From positions 496,001 to 560,000 of the forward strand of contig NW_027270999.1 of assembly GCF_040938485.1 (NCBI RefSeq): a stretch of 64,000 bases of DNA. Reading direction: 5' to 3'. This DNA is from Diadema antillarum. Its lineage: Eukaryota. The notes beneath the pieces are model-generated. The model saw nothing but the letters and a program-made list of their open reading frames with translations. It made no database searches and was not told the origin of the DNA. A program made the translations under genes and the position numbers. Positions 34,828 through 49,136 of this stretch are shown here, in pieces. Every line of letters starts with the position of its first letter. Within the stretch, counting starts at the first letter, position 1.

Positions 34828-37800
34828 CTGGCAAGGGAAGAAATCAAGGTGGGTCACTTCTCAGCATAAAAGATGGTATATCTTTACAGATTTAAGTGAA
34901 TCGTCGGCTCTAACAATGAAACGCTATCACAGCCTATACTAAGCATCAAGATTTGTAAGAAACTTTGTAAATCAGAAGTATTTGATAATTGTGGTGAGAC
35001 GTTCTTCTTGGAGAGCAAATAGAAGCATACGTAACATGCATGTGCGCTCATCTCCAACATAGCGTTATACTTACGCAGCTTCCAAACCGTGGACTCACTT
35101 CCATTAAAAATCAGGAAATCCCCAACTGTAGCATTCTCTAAACTCACGCAACTGTTCATTACTGTTAATCATTAAATCAGAGGCTCTTGCAGCGCAGAGA
35201 AATCAGGCCTATATAGGTTTTGCGCTTTACAAATTGATAAATAACGGTATCATTATTGTGTTTATTAGCTTTATTATTATCATTGTCATTGAGTGATTGA
35301 TATAAATTGTGGTCAAATATCTGTCATGGACATGAATTATTTGATTGTGGTCCATGTTCACGGGGCAAGCTTGCTATAAAGCAACTCACAGCCCCTAAAT
35401 GAAGCCCGCATTCCATCTACGTAAATTTTCTCACAAAAATACCCATCTCATTCAGTGTTTCAAATACTGTATGATTCTGGTACAAAATTCTCATAACCTC
35501 TTCATCAGGAATCAGCATGTAGATCAAGTCTAGCAATATTCTTCCCTGCTCACTTCAGGAAAAAGCAATGATGTCACACCAATGTGCCAGAGAGCGACCC
35601 AGTCGATTTGTTTATAATCGAGCTGTCATATCCGTTTGATGATTTGCGACTATCAATAGTGAGCAGACGATATCGACATCTTGTTTTCGCACGACGTGTA
35701 AATTGGGAATTGAGAGTTCCCTAACTCATCGTATAGAGGGGAACTGCACTTACTTAGGATCTTTCACAAGTATCAGCAATGGAAGACTCCACATAGTCTA
35801 CAGTATCAACATGTGCCAATTGAACGGACACGTGGGAGGGGGGGGGGGTAATCATCATGAGGTGCCGTTTTTCAATAACGAATTTCAGATGAGATTGACC
35901 TTGGTCTTCATCAGTCTTTCTGAAAAGTGTGTATTGTTAATTAATGGCCAATAATGGCGCAATGAGTTGTTGTACGCGAAATGTCTAACATTGTCGGAAT
36001 TACTGAAATGTAATCACCGATTCGAAAGCTCATTTCCAGATTGATTGATTGATTTTTATGTAGCAGTTAGCAAAAAGTGACTCTCAGTGGAGCGTGATTC
36101 TACAGGAATTTGAAGAGATTTAAACCAAATTTTACCCTTAACCCATGACGAACAGATGTTTTAATGTGTTAACGCAGCAATATTCTTTTCTAGAGCAAGA
36201 TGCAAACTTATAGCATATTTTGCGCATCAACACGATACCGTGGAAGTTTATGGGATGTTGACATTATGACGGTATTCAGTGGACAAGATGGTGAAATTCA
36301 ATATTAAAGGCGGCTGAATGCAAAATAAGAAGGACTACGCACGTGCAGAGTTTACGCTGCCACAAATTCCAACCGCCGTCTAGGCCGGTGGGGTTCTGGG
36401 TCCGGCTCCTTGGCCGGCCCCACTTGGGGGAGTACTTAAAGCCACACCAAGAGGTGGCGGCAGGGAAATTAGTCTCCTTTGGTTTGACAAATTGTCTCCA
36501 TTGGGGCTGCTGGTAAAGCAGTGTAAGAGGTAGGAGGTCCGAGAAGTCCTAGGCGCGCTAGTAGGCCTATACGCTGACACTTCCTTGGTCGAACAGGGTC
36601 GTCTACTCCGTACCACTGAGAGCCGTCAAATTCCACCAAATTCAGTGTGGTACACATTTAGTCCGTAATACGTCACATCACGTAAAATCAAGACCACCAT
36701 TACCATCACCACCACCACCACAAAAGACAAAAACAAACAAGCAAACAAACAAACAAACAAACAAACAAACAACAACAACATGTTTTTACAGTTGACGTTC
36801 TATGGACTTACATCAGGTGCCAGTGTACGCTCTTCTAATTTTCCAAACAAAGTATTAATGACATGAATTTAACATGCCGTTTTTCAATAAGAATAATGAC
36901 GTCAGCCCATAATTGAACTTATTTTGTGTAGACTTCAAAGGTGTTCATACATTAAAAGCATTTTCACACACAGCTATCATCTATAAGGCATCGTAATTTG
37001 GACTGCCACAAAAAACAACAACGAACAAACAAACAAACACACAAACACACAAACAAAGCCCACGGCTTCAAGTGATATTACAACTCGTTGGGAAAGGACA
37101 AAATTAAATAGTGAGATGACCTTTGGGATGATAATGATGGATTGGCCGGGCCTTTCATTGTCGCCACCATCAAGATGATGATATCAAAGTTAGCCCTATT
37201 AGAATATATTAGTAAAAGACACTCGTGTCTTTATTCGCGTACTCTCAAAACAATTAGACAAGACTAAGAGTACAGGAAAGGAATTTGCCATAAACATGAA
37301 ATTATGTGGATTCGATAAATGTAGAAATAGTTTAACACATTCGTGAAGTTTGAGGAAATTTGGCCTCACCGTTCAAAGGTTATGAATTTCTGAAATTTGA
37401 TGAATTCCATGTTACTGTCAATATGCCGTCATCGCCGGATTGGAAGTCTACAACATTATACGGAAGATGTCACGATAGCACAACGATATGAAGAAAATAC
37501 TGTACACCATGTACACAGAGAACTGCAAAAAATTAAAATATATTTTTAGGAGGAAAGTACACCTTCCCCTTAGGGCTTTACTTGCTAGTGACATAATGTT
37601 AAAGGTAACAATATTCTTCCTGTCTTCTGAATGACGTAAGTCAAGTTCTATTCTATTATGTTAAAAAAAAACCAAAAAAAAAAATCACTCGTGTGTTCAA
37701 CAGCTCTTTCTGCACTCAGAGGATCCATTTATTATGTTCGGGGTAAATTCCCCTCAAGAGTTTGAATGGTTCTCATTCATGTCTTTCTGATTATGAATGA

Positions 37801-39249
37801 TAACGTTGATAAAGGAAGACGTGAATCATCAATCTTGCTTTCCCCTTTGTTCAAAATGCATTTCGAGTTTGAGTATACAAGGTAAAACTCAGAATAGTTC
37901 CGATGCTTTACCAGTGACAGTGAAAAATAGCGATTGTTTTCATTTCCTTTCTCCTCTCTGGAAAAGTTGTCGGGTGTAAATGTCAAAAACATGTAAACCA
38001 AGTCGACCGGAAGCTACAGAATGTGGCTATATTCAACTGAATACTGAACCTTGCAGCATTTCTGGTGAGGCAGTATTTAACTTCTTGTCATTCTTTCAAT
38101 AGGTTTTTGGGTTTGTTCTGTTTTCCATTTTTCCACTATCAATTTTGTGATCATCATCAGAGATATAGCTACAGCATAAACTACCTGTACATTCTAATCA
38201 ATTGCCTTTCCTGAAAATTCCACGTTTCCACCACCTACTCATCACAATAAAAGCAAACAACGTAAATCCACGAGATTTTGACTACCGGTCGAGCAACTTG
38301 TTTTGATTAAAAACAACGTCATTGTGAGAAATCATATTTTCACTACACTTTACATTACACTTCTTTGCATATCTGCTAAAGCAGACTGACACGACTGTGC
38401 GTGACGTAACAGAATGGTTGTACGTCATGTGACTTAGAATGATAAGGTGACGCGCATCTGGTTCAAAAGTTCTATTGTCTCCAGCTCACTGTCAAAAAAA
38501 TCGTGATATAGGATGGTTTACTAGGGTGATAGTGTCCTTATCTACGGGACCATGGTTCAAGTTTTTGGTATACTAATCATCTTAACAACGTCAAGACTTA
38601 GCCATAATCCCTTTACTGTGTGTGAATATCCTCATTATTTCACATCAGTATTATCATCATCACATTGAAATATTTTAATGTTAACTTGGAAATCGATAGG
38701 CCCTAACTGATTTGTAAAAGAAAAACAAAATCTACGGCCGATTCCCACTTTGGGTGTGCACTAAGATAGTGAATCATGTGACTATCTGGGAATTCCCCTG
38801 AGCTAGTAGAAATCATTTGCATGACTATTTTGCTATACTTTTGTTTCTCTGTCAGTGAGTGATATTCTGAGCCCAATGACAGCTGTTTACGGAGGTTACC
38901 ATAGGCGAAGTCTCTCTTTCCATCTTTCATGATATTAATAACACTTTAAAGAGGACCATCCTCCTATTGCCCTTTATGATAATCAAGTTGGCCAGTGATT
39001 GAACAGTACTAAAGTATCCAGCTTACAAAGTTCTGCTCATGATGTGCTCCTTGAAATATAGAGGTCTCCAATCAAAGACTAACGAACCGAGTATGAAAAT
39101 TGTATCGAAGCTCCATCTGGTTTCTGGCACTGTTTACGAACTTGACCTTTGACCTCAACATGACACCTGGGGCCATGGTTGCCATTCATGCAGAATCGTT
39201 CACTCGTGGGTTTCTATCTGCGTGAAATGAGAGCGGGACGCCGCTGGCT

Positions 39250-39500
39250 TGCCCGCCCCGTTCACCTGTACAACGGTTACCAGGAACAGCCGGGAGAGAG
39301 AGGGCGATGCTCAAGATCTGAGATCGGGTCATGGCCCGCTGGAAGTCGTATGTCATCTCCAATCTGCCATCACATACTCTTCCTTATTTTCCTTAGCCAG
39401 TCGTCGTCCCAGAATGTGCCCGTGCGGAAGTGCAGCCCACCTGTACTTTGATGGCTGACCCCAATCGCTTTACAACATTTTGCTGATTAGACCCCATTTC
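39250..39500 (+). mobile_element. Possible relic of the C-terminal zinc-finger region of a non-LTR retrotransposon
   Basis: SREREGDAQDLRSGHGPL...MCPCGS followed by a frameshifted LQHF segment resembles the LR(T/S)GH...CPCG...H(F/I)L..C motif of I/Nimb/Ingi-type elements. Confidence 0.35.
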
Positions 39501-39879
39501 CTCTGCTGTTGTCGACACCTGAAGTAACTTTCCATCAGCTATCACCCTGGTGTCCCAACGGAGACCCAGCACTCTGCACATGGTTCGTGCTCGTCACGCC
39601 GTATGGCATCTCTAAAAAATAAATTGGGAGTTCATGTTTTCTTTGATCGCGGAAAGAAGCTGAGATAATCCTTTTTTTTTCTCGAAAAATGATACAATGT
39701 ATTGTCTTGTCTCGAGCTTCGCCCTCCCGCTTCTGTATTGGTTTGGTTTTGGTTTCCTCATTTCAGTCTTTAGTGTACATAACGAGAAGCCGTCACATAA
39801 CTAGAAGCCGTCAGGTTCAGATACCATAATATTGGCCAATCATAATGTGTGCGCATGTCCGTGCGTAGGATCGAGTGCA

Positions 39880-40062
39880 TGGATATGGATATGGATTATG
39901 GATATGGATTACGGATATGGATATGGATATGGATATGGATATGGATATGGATATGGATATGGACATGGATATGGATACGGATATGGACATGGATATGTAA
40001 TGTATATTATGGATATGGATATGGATATGGATATGGACATGGATATGGATATGGATATGGAA
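39880..40062. repeat. (GATATG)n hexanucleotide microsatellite
   Basis: Direct reading; source of the GY/MD/IW low-complexity ORFs. Confidence 0.95.
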
Positions 40063-41718
40063 ATTGGACATGTCAAGAGTTTCATTGTTAAGATAAATAT
40101 CGACGGGAGGGGGGGGGGGGAATAAAAAGTCATCACTGTTCAAATTCACCTCTGACACCACAATACCACTGGTACCAGAGCAGAGTGGCGAAAGGGTTTT
40201 AGCTTTCTATTCATCATAGGAACATCCTGTTGATAAAATCTTTCTATTTTAACATTAACTGCAATCAAACCAAACAGATCTGTCATGACAGATGTATCTC
40301 CCGATTCTTCCGAGTCACATCTCCTAACGTTGATAGGAATAAAATCGAATGATACGAGCACGTCAGTTTCGTGGTTTGTCATTGTTCGTGGCTGGCGTTA
40401 TCGCCGATCAAAAGTGCACAGGTACATTGTAATCACTTATAGTCCGGGCACCACAGCTACAGGAATCCTTTCCTTTCGCACCTGATGTCATGAACCACAG
40501 AGATATAATTCTGAGGACAAATTACTGCACTAATGTTAGAATAAAGGGTTTTGTTTTTTGTTTTTATTTGTTTTTACTCTTTTTTATTCATTTATTTATC
40601 TATCTATTTATTTATTTATTTATTTTTTTTTTGGGGGGGTATTTCTAAAGAAACCGATGAAAAGGTAATACGCTGCTTCTCACTCAGTCTACATATAGGG
40701 AAACACAAGAGGGACGAAGGCCTCTAGAAAAGAGGAAGAGAGAGGCAAGAGGCTAATAGTCAAAGTCAAAAAGAACAATGACAGCCATATTTGAAGAATC
40801 AGCACCATCATTACCTCAACCACGCTAATGACTTATACATTTTCGAACCTTCCCACAATGCATTGACATATATAAATACGTATAGGTAAGGAGGAAAGCA
40901 TGACAGTAAACGAACAAACACAATAAAACAGTAACAACAGGGACAATCACAGACAACAGTTTTGAATTATTGAAAATTGACGCTCTCATAATGTATCACT
41001 TTGAGAAAGCCACTAACGCTGTTACCCAGGCTTTTGTTTTCGTATTTTTCCCCTACAGTAAGAGTGCATAGTACATGTAGCTCCGCTGCTGATGGAAAGA
41101 TGACCGTGCTATGACATGTGAATGTTTATAATTCCTCAAAACGAAGTAATTATGTAATCAAATGTGGAAAAAGCCCAAGTTGTGTGTGTAGAAGAAGGTT
41201 CGTATGTTTGTTAAAGGTACTGTTTACCATTGGGAGCAATGATTTAAAAAATGTTCGAGTTATCACATTAGATGCATATGTGTAGGTCAGTTGTATCACA
41301 AAACATTCAAGCATATAAAAATTTTGAATTAAAGCCTAAAATATAAAGAGATATCACTATTTATCTCACTAAACCATAACTGTAGACGGTTTAGTCTAGA
41401 CACAATTTCATTATAACTGTATTAATGATCAGTCTACATAATGCATATTTGAGTGTCATTCTCCTTTAAATAGTATGTATACATACCCGCTTTACATGGA
41501 TTTGCGATGTCATCTGAAAGAACGCGTGTTGTTTCTCCGATGTAAGTCACAAGACTGAGAATGAAGCCGAGAAGACATAGCGACACCATGGATAAAATAT
41601 CCATATTAGAGCCTGTCGGGAGGAGTCTAGCTCACGTCCCTTCTCGTCGCTGTACTCGCCTACCTAGAAGATACATCAAGAGGATGAGGTAAGAGAGGAA
41701 AATGAAACGTCAAAACAT

Positions 41719-41734
41719 TGTGTGTGTGTGTGTC

Positions 41735-41811
<77 letters not shown>
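41719..41811. repeat. Compound (TG)n(TA)n(TG)n microsatellite
   Basis: Direct reading. Confidence 0.95.
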
Positions 41812-41812
<1 letters not shown>

Positions 41813-42497
41813 ATTCAGCGAATACTCTGCTGCAGAAGCTAGTATAGGGTTCACACCCGTAAATACAATGGACTGTCCCAGACCCCTTCCCAAATTCGTA
41901 CCAAAGATACCAAAATAAATGAAGAAAAAAAATAATTAAAAATCAATGATGTAGTTTGGCAAAAAACCGAATAGCTGTAGATATTGTATGAATTCCTCTA
42001 CAAATTGCATTTTGGTTGGAAGATGAAAGCTTTTCTGGTGGAATTTGAAGGGACTATATTTCATTGGGTACGTGTACGGAAAATGGGTGATTTTTTGAGT
42101 GACAAGAACTCGTAGTCTGGCTTTGCGGACCCCTGGACAGAATTTGGACTGAAGAATCCACCCTGAAAATTTGATGGATGAAAGGATATATCTCACTTAT
42201 CCAGGTTAGTGAAGCTGAAATACCTCATTTCTCCCAGCTATTTTACAGAATTTTTTGAAATTTGATTTTTAACACATATCCCTATGGGGAAATATTTATG
42301 GGTGTGAGCCCTATAGATGTATTTGACCTGTAGACAACACACGGACATTTCCGGGTTTAGTGATTTTCTAGATTCATTTCTTTTTTCTTGCTGTCTGTCA
42401 GTATCTATCCATATCCGTCTCTCACTCTGTCTCTGTCTCATGGCCCAAAACCTTCCTTAGATAATCAATTGCAGTAAAGCGCATATAAACACAAGGT

Positions 42498-42912
42498 TTA
42501 AAGGGATGGTATAGTACTGGTTGAGCTGATAATTCATCAGCTTTTAACTTTTTGAGAGATACTTAAAAATGGCTTCATGAAATATGAAAGAGCATGTTGG
42601 AAATTCCAAGAGGCATTCAAAGTTTATTTGATGAAAATCGATTTTCAAATGGCTGAGATATATAAAAAACAAAAACAAAGTCAAACAAGCTATCCTGATA
42701 AAAGGTGGGTCCCACCTTTTGTTAGGATCGCTTTGTTTTAGATATCTCGGCCATTTCAAAACCAATTTCCATCAAATAAACTTTGAATTCTTTTAAGAAT
42801 TATACGCTCTTTCATATTTCATATAAGAGGCTTCTCATTATCTAAAAAATCATTAAAAAATGTTGGAAACCTGAAGCCCCATCTCATCCGAAACTGTGTA
42901 CTATCCCTTTAA
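42498..42912. mobile_element. Palindromic TTAA-flanked MITE (Kolobok-like)
   Basis: TTAA|AGGGAT...ATCCCT|TTAA; long imperfect inverted arms centred on aaaaggtgggtcccacctttt (~42700-42720). Confidence 0.8.
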
Positions 42913-42999
42913 AGACACTGTAAGCATATATTCATTTACTAATTTCAGGGTTTTGATATGATGAAAATAAAGTAACTTCAGCATGAAATAGTGCAATTA

Positions 43000-43477
43000 A
43001 TTTTTAGCCTATCAACCTGATTTGTGACCCTCGTACTAAGACATCCTGACCCAAAATTTCCATAGAGTATCAATGTCAGGCAATACAAAGATATGTATAA
43101 TGTACTAAGTTTCATGAACATACCTCGAGCTATTTCAGAGATATGCCGGGGAAAAGAGAATTTTTAACATTTTTAGTACTTGACCATTGACCTTATGGCC
43201 CAAAACTTTCCTATGAGAATCTTAATCTGATATACATGTATACACAAGGTTTCGTGGAAATATATTTCAGTATTGCAGATATATGGGGGAAATGATGAAA
43301 TTTTAGCATTAAGCGTGTGGTCCAAAAATGGCACAGCTTCGTCCTCTCATACATTCAATAATGCCAAGTTTCATTTGAATACCTCGAACGGTTAATTTAC
43401 GTCGTCGACAAAATCGATTACGACAGACGAACAGACCTACGGACAACCTGACGACACTTCGTGGCAGATGTACTAAA
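43000..43477 (-). mobile_element. Decayed HINE-like element
   Basis: Minus strand begins tttttagtacatctg, then tgtccgt/ctgt repeats and an aaacttggca core, paralleling the element at 9394. The other end is uncertain. Confidence 0.4.
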
Positions 43478-45639
43478 AAAAAAAGACTTTTTTCTCATTT
43501 TCCATTATTTAGTGGTTAGATACAGAAAAAAGGTTCATTACAATGTATCGAAGAAATCAAACAATCATTCATTCAAATCAACAATTCTTTAAACTAAATT
43601 GCAAGATTTTGAATACTTAATCATACATCTTATAATTCCTTTTCAAAGTACTTTAATGTAAAGTTATCCATCACCTATCCTACTTTCTTTACTGTACTTC
43701 TCGCTATCGCTTTATTCTATTTTTTCATGCCATCAAAAACGATCTTCTTCTTTCTCTATTCCCCTCTCTTCCATATTGCATCCCGTAATCTCCCCACAGC
43801 ATCACTCAACACTTGATCACCACAATATTGTGACAAAGAAATGCTCCACCGAACAAAAGACCTTTCAAGAGATCTCTCAGAAAAAAAATTCAGTATCCAC
43901 CCCTCAAAGTCCTTTTCAGTCACCAGCAAAAAGACGAGGGTAGTACTACAAAACGACAGATTTGTGGTCAACAATCCGATAACATCATCATCGCCCACTT
44001 ATTGCAGTTAAGAACAGACGTTGCAGCTGCAAATATTGGCAACGTTGTCTTCGTTGTATTTTTCCCCTTTCTCGGTTACAGACACTGATTCTGGCTCTGG
44101 GGAATATACCCCAAACATGTGGGTAGGTTCAGTGAATTTCGAAGTGAAGTTCGAAGGAACTTCACTTCGAAGAAAATCGGACAGTATGTTCAAAAGTTTT
44201 GGATAAATCACCTCAGGATAGGGCTTCAACAATTAGTGATGTCACAGCAGTTGAACAATGCCAAGAAAATATAAAAAAATTCCACAAATTGTATATTTTG
44301 GTGGAAAAGTACCTATTCCCTCGACTTCTTATTGACAATAAGTCAAGAGTAACACTATTCCTCATACCCTCTGAAGGAGGGACGTCAAGTGCTCTTTCAT
44401 TGTGCTAAAAAATTGCATTTGATCAGTTCTATTTTTATGTTCTTCGATTAGTGTGACATTACTGTCGTGAGCTGTAGCCATCTTAAGTCATATAGTGCAA
44501 TAACCACACTTCATTGACAAAAACGCGCTTTCCGATATTTCTCAAACTTCACTGGTGTGTTCTATTGACAATAATGTGTCTAACTTCACAGACTCCACAT
44601 GATATATTCGGAGGTTAATGAAATAAATAGAAACAGAGGTTTTCAACGATAAAGGTTCTTTCACTCAAAAGTGGAAAGATATGATCTGTGAGTGACTTTC
44701 TACATAGTTTCAAGACAGGCAAACGCTATGTTCCAACAAAGCTCTTCTCTATGCTTTTATTTTGGTTTAGTCTACATATTGGCCCTCTCGACCAGTTTTC
44801 AACATCATATCGGCCTTCCAGCTGGCCGGAGATTTTGATCGACACACCAGAACTCTGCCTCGGTGAACAATATGCATCTCTCAGTAATGACAACGGCCTG
44901 TGATTGAGATACAATATGTCTATTTGTTCGACATTCAGGATCGCAAAGACAGCCACGAGTTCTACGTCATCCATCCCGTGCACTTCACTGAAAGCTGCAG
45001 AAAAATATCTTGGGGACATCTTCCCACATAACGTAACAGATCGTAGCATGACATCACGCATGCCCTATAACACTAATGCGGTGAGCCAATATCTTAGCCT
45101 CATTAAACGTGACAATCATGTGACATAACAAACACATGACACTGAAATATGATAGTTGAATAAAATCAAAGTCATTAAAATTAGATTGAATAAAACCAAA
45201 GACATTTCTCCTGAATCTCCAGGTGTATTTATTTAAGTAATGATGATTTTACCTTGGACTTCATTGATTAATTGCTCTACACGCAACGTAATTATGTCCA
45301 ATCTCGGAATTGCCAAATGCTTCATAAGCAATGGCAGACATGATTATGTGCTTTTTGTCATGGTGATCATTATATCCTTTACGATTGTAACTGCTGAAAT
45401 TATCTTTGAAGCACGGCTTGTCCATCAATCCTAGCAGATTTCATATGTACGGTGGTACAATACCAACTCTTCATTGGAGTCGTCTTGGTCCTTAACTTGG
45501 ATGATTACAACCTTAGCTGGCAAAACAACATGAAATCTCTAACAAAGTAGAACCCTTCAAAGCCTCATGTACCGTAGGGCCTACTTCTTCGTATGGCCAA
45601 GGAGGTACTAGGCGAGCCTGCAGTATAGGCCTACCTCCT

Positions 45640-46092
45640 TGGTACGGCACAATGCGTTGGTTGATACTGTTTGCTAACTATTACCAAGGAGCTTCAAGCT
45701 ATTACTAGTCACCTGGGGTGAACCACCAGGGGTCGGCATCATTCCCGTTTTCTGGAATGGGTAGGCCTATGTCGGAAAGACAATTTCACTGGAATTCGCA
45801 GGCACCCTGCTCTTTGCGAGCAGGAAGGTGAATACTCACATTCCTGTTGCAAGGAAGTCGGTATAGGACCTTATACACGAGTGAGTTGTGACTCCCTCGC
45901 ACACCGGACCTTCATTTTGTGTTTTGGCCTCTTTACTACTCGAGGGAACAGTATGATTACACCATGGATCTGTGTTGCAGCTCCATGATTACTCACAACT
46001 TTGCTCAGCCGGAGTCAAGGGTACTTGAACCCGAGTCATTTGATTGCAAGGCAGACGCACTATACTAGTACCGACTGAGCCACCTCACTGGC
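45640..46092 (-). mobile_element. tRNA-derived SINE
   Basis: Box A TGGCTCAGTCGG (46071-46082) and box B GGTTCAAGTACC (46020-46031) on the minus strand; body motif gcaccctgctctttgcga at 45802-45819. 3' end approximate. Confidence 0.65.
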
Positions 46093-46394
46093 CCAGCCCA
46101 AAGAAGTACATACAGGTGCGAAATACATCCTTGCCAAGTTTAACGTAGAATCACTTGATTCCTTGTCTAGGTGTGAGGTGAGATTTGCCGTGGGATTAAT
46201 TACTGCTTTAAAAGACGACTGCATGACGCATTGAACATTCTGGAATAAAAAGGTCAAGAATAATAATGGTTTCAAGATATTGTCGATATACGCTGAGACA
46301 TCCGTTTGTTTGTTTGATCTTTCCATCTGAGAAGCTGATTGGATAGCCCATATTCAGCTGCCCTAGCTGATCTTCAGTGAAATCCCATTGCATG

Positions 46395-46628
46395 CGAGGC
46401 GGGATTACTTCACCTGGTTATGCACCCTGCTCTTTGCGATGAATGAATGAAGTGGGATCTTTTTCGAGCATGAGTTGTGAATCTCTCACACACGGGGCCT
46501 CCAGTTTATGTCCTATCCGAGGGACACCAAGGGGACGGTATGATTACGCTCAGTTTCAGACTTGGGTATCGAACCCGGGTTCTTTGGATCTGGACGCAGA
46601 CGCGCTAACAACTGAGCCAAATTACCGG
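46395..46628 (-). mobile_element. tRNA-derived SINE (related family)
   Basis: Box A TGGCTCAGTTG (46609-46619), box B GGTTCGATACCC (46564-46575); same 18-bp body motif at 46422-46439. Confidence 0.7.
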
Positions 46629-49099
46629 TTGTTTGAAGTGCAGTGAAATCTTGATACTAAATTTCATCTGTGTACCAAAAATCTGGTAGACTCATGGGGA
46701 AGCTAACATATCAAAGGCTTACACATCTTTAACAAGGTGAGTCATATTTTCTTCATGTGACCAACCTCCACAATTTCAGGAGCAAGCTGCAAGCTCGGGC
46801 TGCAAGCGAATGACAAGGGCTAAAACACTGAACTAAATGATACGTGAGACGTAAAGACAAGTAGGAGTGTTACTGTTAGCAGGAGTAAGATTACTAAGAA
46901 CAAGACAAGAGCATCACATAGCGCGTTGCTTGAAGGTTGGCGGAGGTTCATATCACCCGTATCCAATCGTTATGAATCCTGCTTCATGTAGGTACACTAT
47001 ATGGAGAAGGCAACTTGAAATAGCACAATGGTTGTACAACATGCTGCCATTTCGACAGCACTTCAATTTCTCAGCATCGCTATTCGCTACCGAGGCGAGG
47101 AATGCAAGAATAAACATGAATTGTTGTTTCGTCTGAGAAGAATAAACTGCCAGAGCAGCTGCCCCCAAAATCCTGCTCTTCAGAGGTCAATGCTGAAAGA
47201 ATCCCGACTGAACGATCAGACAGTTTCGGGTCGCATGCATCTTCCTTTAAGTTAATATTCCCATGGAATTCAAGAAGGTGGACGTAGTCTGTTCAATCCC
47301 CTCCAACCATTGCTTTGATTTCACCGATAATCAACGTCATGCTCTAAAAGGGGAAACAGTGTCGGTCGAAATTCAATGGAAATAGTGAGCATTCGCGTCA
47401 AAACAAAAAACAAACAAACAAACAAACAAAAATGTATGATCATATTTAAGAGAGTGACAGGTGCTAGTCCTATTCAACATTCTATAATGTCCCATTCCGA
47501 ATGAAAGAGTGTCCCGGAGCTCCAAGCGATTGAATCAGTCTACTGTCTACTGGAGTAACTGGTCTGAAATTGAAAAAAAAAAAAAAAAAAAAAAAAATCT
47601 CAAAAAACTGCGTGACATTTCTGGTGTGGACACGGCGCAACTGGTGTAGGAACTATTAACGGACCTGTATAGACATCTACATCTTCCATCACTCTCCACC
47701 AGAGCTTGTAGGAGTTTGACCGAGGAGGGTATGACCATGGAGCTACCACCAAGCAGTTAGTAGCTCAAGGGTATGGCAGTTTCACCGGCAGACCTCACAT
47801 CAGCAGGGAGATTCAACGGAGGGCAATGACCAGTGTTTTCAGGTACTGTAACTGTTTTATGAGTGATTTCGAGCTTACGGGAAAGTTGGTGATCAAATCT
47901 CACAGCAGACAAAATGCGAAAATCTCAAGAATCGCACATATCTAGAACTTTTTGACATGTTTCACTGGCATGACTGGAAACACATAGGGACGAATGAACA
48001 TCAGCATAATGGGTTTCTCAAAAAATCCGGTGTACCACACAAAAAGTATTGTTGCTCATCATACTGTGGACAGGTCAGAATATAAATTGATTATGAATTT
48101 TGAATATTAGCACAGTATTACAAAATGACGAGGGGGTGATGTCACACCTTACTGTTCCCATTAGTTTGTTTAAAATCATATTTTGGTTGATAGTTTAGCA
48201 ACTACACTCCTCCGCCTCAAGCTGGACACTAAAAAGAACTTAACAATTAACAGAATAAGATAATCTGTTTTTTTTTTTACAGTTCCACTAAAAAAAAAAC
48301 GACAGATAAGTAAGCTACTTGTGAGGAAAGGGCATTATGATCATGATCTACACTAACCTTTGTAATTTGCGAGTAACCGAAAACTCCATGGTTTTCTTAC
48401 CTTACGTCTGAATTCAAGTAGACTTCATCTCTCTCTCCTGGTGATCTGATTTACTCAAATTTTAAGGAAGTCAAGTTGAGCATGGACTGGCATATCAAAT
48501 CTATGCGAGCAGAGAGGTGAGACTCACCTGGTACTGCACGGGTAAATGCACGACCTCTCTGTGCACGACAAGAGATCACATCGCTGTTCATGGGAGGCAG
48601 AATAAGACGAGGTACAGTAATTGTATTCACTTGTTCGTCACTATGTCTCTCCCTTTTCTCTCTCCCTCCACCCCTTCTAGTTCTACATGTAGTTGCCTCC
48701 TCCAATATCTTCCGATTCTTAGGTGACCAAAAGTTCTAGCTTGAGATCCCTTAATCTTCAACATTAGGTGGGATTATTTAATCTGTTAAAGGCTAGCGAA
48801 GTCAAGGCGGGATTATAAGCTTTTGTTTTGCTACGCAAAAGAGAATTAATACAAACTTTATGCAGGGAGGTGGAGTTCTCTCTTCCACCTCCCTGCTTTA
48901 TGCAACAAGTTTAATACATTGTATGTTTCCTTTTTTTTTTTTTTTTTTAAAGAAGCACATGTTACAAATTTGAATGTCCAATGTTGGTTCTGGCACGGTC
49001 GACTCCTTGCTAACTGCAACTAGCTCACACACAGTCATGTTACCCGATGTCTTTTTTCACGATCATGAGTAAAGGGTAGAGTTTCTCCCCCCCCCCCCC

Positions 49100-49136
<37 letters not shown>

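Noticed and set aside
39393-39581. RVLGLRWD resembling a BEL/Pao LTR-retrotransposon motif
   Set aside because: The flanking sequence lacks other Pao motifs (e.g. DPLG); the opposite strand has a better retroelement-like reading.
39817-40161. GY/MD/IW-rich ORFs, and similar ORFs at 7734, 9318-9613, 56374-56726, 62337-62783
   Set aside because: Translations of microsatellites.
47100-47200. LFFSDETTIHV resembling the Tc1 DDE first Asp motif
   Set aside because: An isolated match with no other transposase motifs or TIRs.
48528-48705. Strong donor CCAG|gtgagt in phase 1 as BMP1 exon 1
   Set aside because: The phase fits, but the peptide is hydrophilic with no signal peptide or PCKA-like motif; unsupported without transcripts.
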